A stretch of DNA of 18,791 bases from Fibrobacterota bacterium (GTDB taxonomy: Bacteria > Fibrobacterota > Fibrobacteria > UBA11236): positions 1 to 18,791 of the forward strand of contig JAYUVP010000284.1 in NCBI GenBank assembly GCA_043753995.1. The letters run 5' to 3'. The notes below the pieces were generated by a model. That model was not told the origin of the DNA, ran no database searches, and saw only the letters and a program-made list of their open reading frames with translations. The position numbers and the translations under genes were made by a program. Positions 17,024 through 18,791 of the stretch are shown piece after piece. Numbering within the stretch: the first letter of the stretch is position 1; each line of letters starts with the position of its first letter.

Positions 17024-17674
17024 ATGCCTATGCGAATTATTCGAATACTCCAAGTGTTTCCCGCATTCGTGGTCGCGACATTCTCACTCTATGCCTCCGA
17101 ATCGAAATTCGATCCTTCTTTGCTAAAAAACGGAGACATCCTTTTTCAAACCTCAAAATCGGATCAAAGTAAGGCCATTCAAATCGCCACGAAATCACCC
17201 TATAGCCATTGCGGTATCGTGCATATTCAGAAGGGAAAAATTTTTGTCTTCGAGGCCAGCACCAAGGTCAAGCATACCAAGCTATCGCGCTTTTTAGCCA
17301 AGGGCGAAGGAGGAAAGTTCGTCGTCAAAAGACTGGCCAAGTCCGACAGCCTATTGACGGATGAAAATCTCGCCAAATTGAAAACTGCAGGAAAACGTTT
17401 CGAAGGCTTGCCTTATGATGCCTATTTCGATTGGGGCGACGATAGGATTTACTGCTCCGAACTCGTTTTTAAAATATATCACGACGGATTAAACATTGCT
17501 CTCGGCACCAAGCAAACCCTCAAGGATCTCGACCTCAGCCATCCCGCCGTTCAAGCAAAGCTTAAGGAAAGATATGGCGACAAAATCCCGTGGAATGAAA
17601 GCGTCGTTTCCCCCGCCAGCCAATTCGACGATCCCGACTTGATCGAAGTTTACAACAACTACGGATCATCTTAG
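17024..17674 (+). CDS. YiiX/YebB-like permuted papain-like (NlpC/P60-related) enzyme, exported
   Basis: LKNGDILFQTS, PYSHCGI (His) preceding IYCSELV (Cys), and an N-terminal signal-like segment. Alternative start at ATG 17030. Confidence 0.9.
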   Translation: MPMRIIRILQVFPAFVVATFSLYASESKFDPSLLKNGDILFQTSKSDQSKAIQIATKSPYSHCGIVHIQKGKIFVFEASTKVKHTKLSRFLAKGEGGKFVVKRLAKSDSLLTDENLAKLKTAGKRFEGLPYDAYFDWGDDRIYCSELVFKIYHDGLNIALGTKQTLKDLDLSHPAVQAKLKERYGDKIPWNESVVSPASQFDDPDLIEVYNNYGSS

Positions 17675-17699
17675 GGCGCGGGCCGACCCTACCCGCAAA

Positions 17700-17891
17700 G
17701 CCCAGCGGGCCGCAGCCCGGGGGGTAGGAAGCGCCCCCGCAGGCGCATCTCTCCAGCGCTATGCAACCTGGCGCGGCAAAGCATGTGGAGGAGTCACACC
17801 CGCGCCCAGTCTCCGACGCTAGGCCAGGGGTGGCGGTGGAGGCCTGAAAAAAGGCTCGCTCCGAGGCCCATGACTTCAGGGCTATGCCTAA
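17700..17891. repeat. Long direct repeat flanking the TA module, copy A
   Basis: Aligns with 18601-18791 with about 7 small differences by manual count. Confidence 0.93.
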
Positions 17892-17940
17892 GGCCGAGGA
17901 CCCGCGAGCCTTTTTTCATGGCCGCAACATCAGCCACCCC
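17827..17940. repeat. Long imperfect palindrome (MITE-like module) abutting the toxin stop
   Basis: Outer arms GGGGTGGC/GCCACCCC and perfect 15-bp inner arms TGAAAAAAGGCTCGC/GCGAGCCTTTTTTCA. Confidence 0.8.
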
Positions 17941-17942
17941 GA

Positions 17943-18290
17943 TCACCTTGGCTTGAGAAGAAGCTGGAAGCCTAAAACAATTTCCTCAACCCGCGTTTTT
18001 GAAAGTTGTCCGATTTTTTCGGTGAGATCGGACTTTTCAACCGTGAGTACCTGGGAAATATTGACGACACTTGCCTTGGAGAGATTCGCTTCACCTTTCT
18101 TTAGCAATACATTTCCAGGCGCGGATGCCAACTTAAGGTTTGACGTCAATGCGCAGACAACCGCGGTGTTGATTTTGCTCTTGTTGAACGCGTCGTTTTG
18201 TACCACTACGAATGGATGCCTATAGCCGGGCTCTGACCCCCTAGGCTCATCTAAATCGAGCCAATAGATGTCGCCTTGGCTTATTACCAT
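17943..18290 (-). CDS. mazF: Type II TA toxin, PemK/MazF family endoribonuclease
   Basis: QGDIYWLDL..PRGSEPGYRHPFVVVQND.FN and SVVNISQVLTVEK motifs. Overlaps the antitoxin stop. Confidence 0.93.
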   Translation of the reverse strand: MVISQGDIYWLDLDEPRGSEPGYRHPFVVVQNDAFNKSKINTAVVCALTSNLKLASAPGNVLLKKGEANLSKASVVNISQVLTVEKSDLTEKIGQLSKTRVEEIVLGFQLLLKPR

Positions 18291-18523
18291 TTGGAAACAA
18301 TACCCTTCATTTTCCTTTTCGCAGCTTTCGTGGTCCCTTTAGATTTGGTGTCGTCCGGTCCGTAGACTTCATTAAGCTTCTGAATGATTTCGAGCGTTTC
18401 ACTTTTTTCAAGCAAATACTCCAGCGCTTGTGCAAATAGCTGGCTTCTGGAAACATTGAGCTTGCTGGAAAGCTTTTCCGCCTTCCGAAAGAGGTTTTCA
18501 TCGATCGAAATCGCTGTTTTCAT
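18284..18523 (-). CDS. Type II TA antitoxin, ribbon-helix-helix (CopG-like) family
   Basis: MKTAISIDENLFRKAEKL...VSRSQLFAQALE, directly upstream of mazF. Alternative start at ATG 18532, next to a GAGGTG SD. Confidence 0.9.
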   Translation of the reverse strand: MKTAISIDENLFRKAEKLSSKLNVSRSQLFAQALEYLLEKSETLEIIQKLNEVYGPDDTKSKGTTKAAKRKMKGIVSKW

Positions 18524-18544
18524 GAAGGACATCAAGCACCTCTT

Positions 18545-18586
18545 AGTTATACTATCAGTATAACTTATGGCTATGTCTTCGTTCAA
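18545..18586 (-). promoter_or_regulatory. TA promoter with palindromic operator
   Basis: TTGAAC-18 nt-TATACT on the minus strand. A perfect IR AGTTATACT-ATC-AGTATAACT (18545-18565) overlaps the -10 box. Confidence 0.75.
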
Positions 18587-18600
18587 GTTTTTTAGCGCAG

Positions 18601-18791
18601 GCCCAGCGGGCCGAAGCCCGGGGGGTAGGAAGAGACCCCGCAGGCGCATCTCTCCAGTGCTATGCAACCTGGCGCGGCAAAGCATGTGGAGGAGTCACCC
18701 GCGCCCAGTCTCCGACGCTAGGCCAGGGGTGGCGGTGGAGGCCTGAAAAAAGGCTCGCTCCGCAGGCCCATAACTTCAGGGCTATGCCTAA
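18601..18791. repeat. Long direct repeat flanking the TA module, copy B (runs off the window)
   Basis: Near-identical to 17700-17891 in the same orientation, with a period of about 900 bp. Confidence 0.93.

Noticed and set aside
17700..17942. Repeat as an integron attC site
   Set aside because: No RYYYAAC...GTTRRRY boundaries on either strand.
18533..18685. N-terminal extension of the antitoxin in the ORF track (133 aa)
   Set aside because: The extension crosses the promoter, operator and repeat. The SD and family N-terminus place the start at 18523 or 18532.

Overview
A GC-rich bacterial chromosomal segment. Two secreted proteins end in D-x-x-G-R type C-terminal tails, which suggests (inference only) a Fibrobacterota/FCB-group host. 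Intact genes are a flavin amine oxidase, a 14-blade Asp-box beta-propeller protein, a putative lipoprotein, a small CDGSH Fe-S protein divergent from an isolated nuoH-nuoI pair, a DUF4114-like protein, a 1447-aa secreted protein coupled to a membrane-anchored partner, an AAA_14/DUF4143 ATPase, PPK2, an ABM protein, a YiiX-like permuted papain and an RHH/MazF toxin-antitoxin pair. Several features lie outside the ORF track. (1) A complete c-di-GMP-I riboswitch, with promoter and RBS-sequestering hairpin, precedes the signal-peptide-less DUF4114-like gene. (2) A 178-bp MITE splits a Fic gene, and removing it restores the frame. (3) A second MITE family occurs at 9078-9241 with a solo end at 1478. 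(4) A modular GC-rich intergenic repeat family sits next to stop codons, including ~190-bp direct repeats around the TA pair. (5) There are remnants of a second AAA/DUF4143 gene and of an HI1420-type antitoxin. All calls come from reading motifs; no database searches were run.
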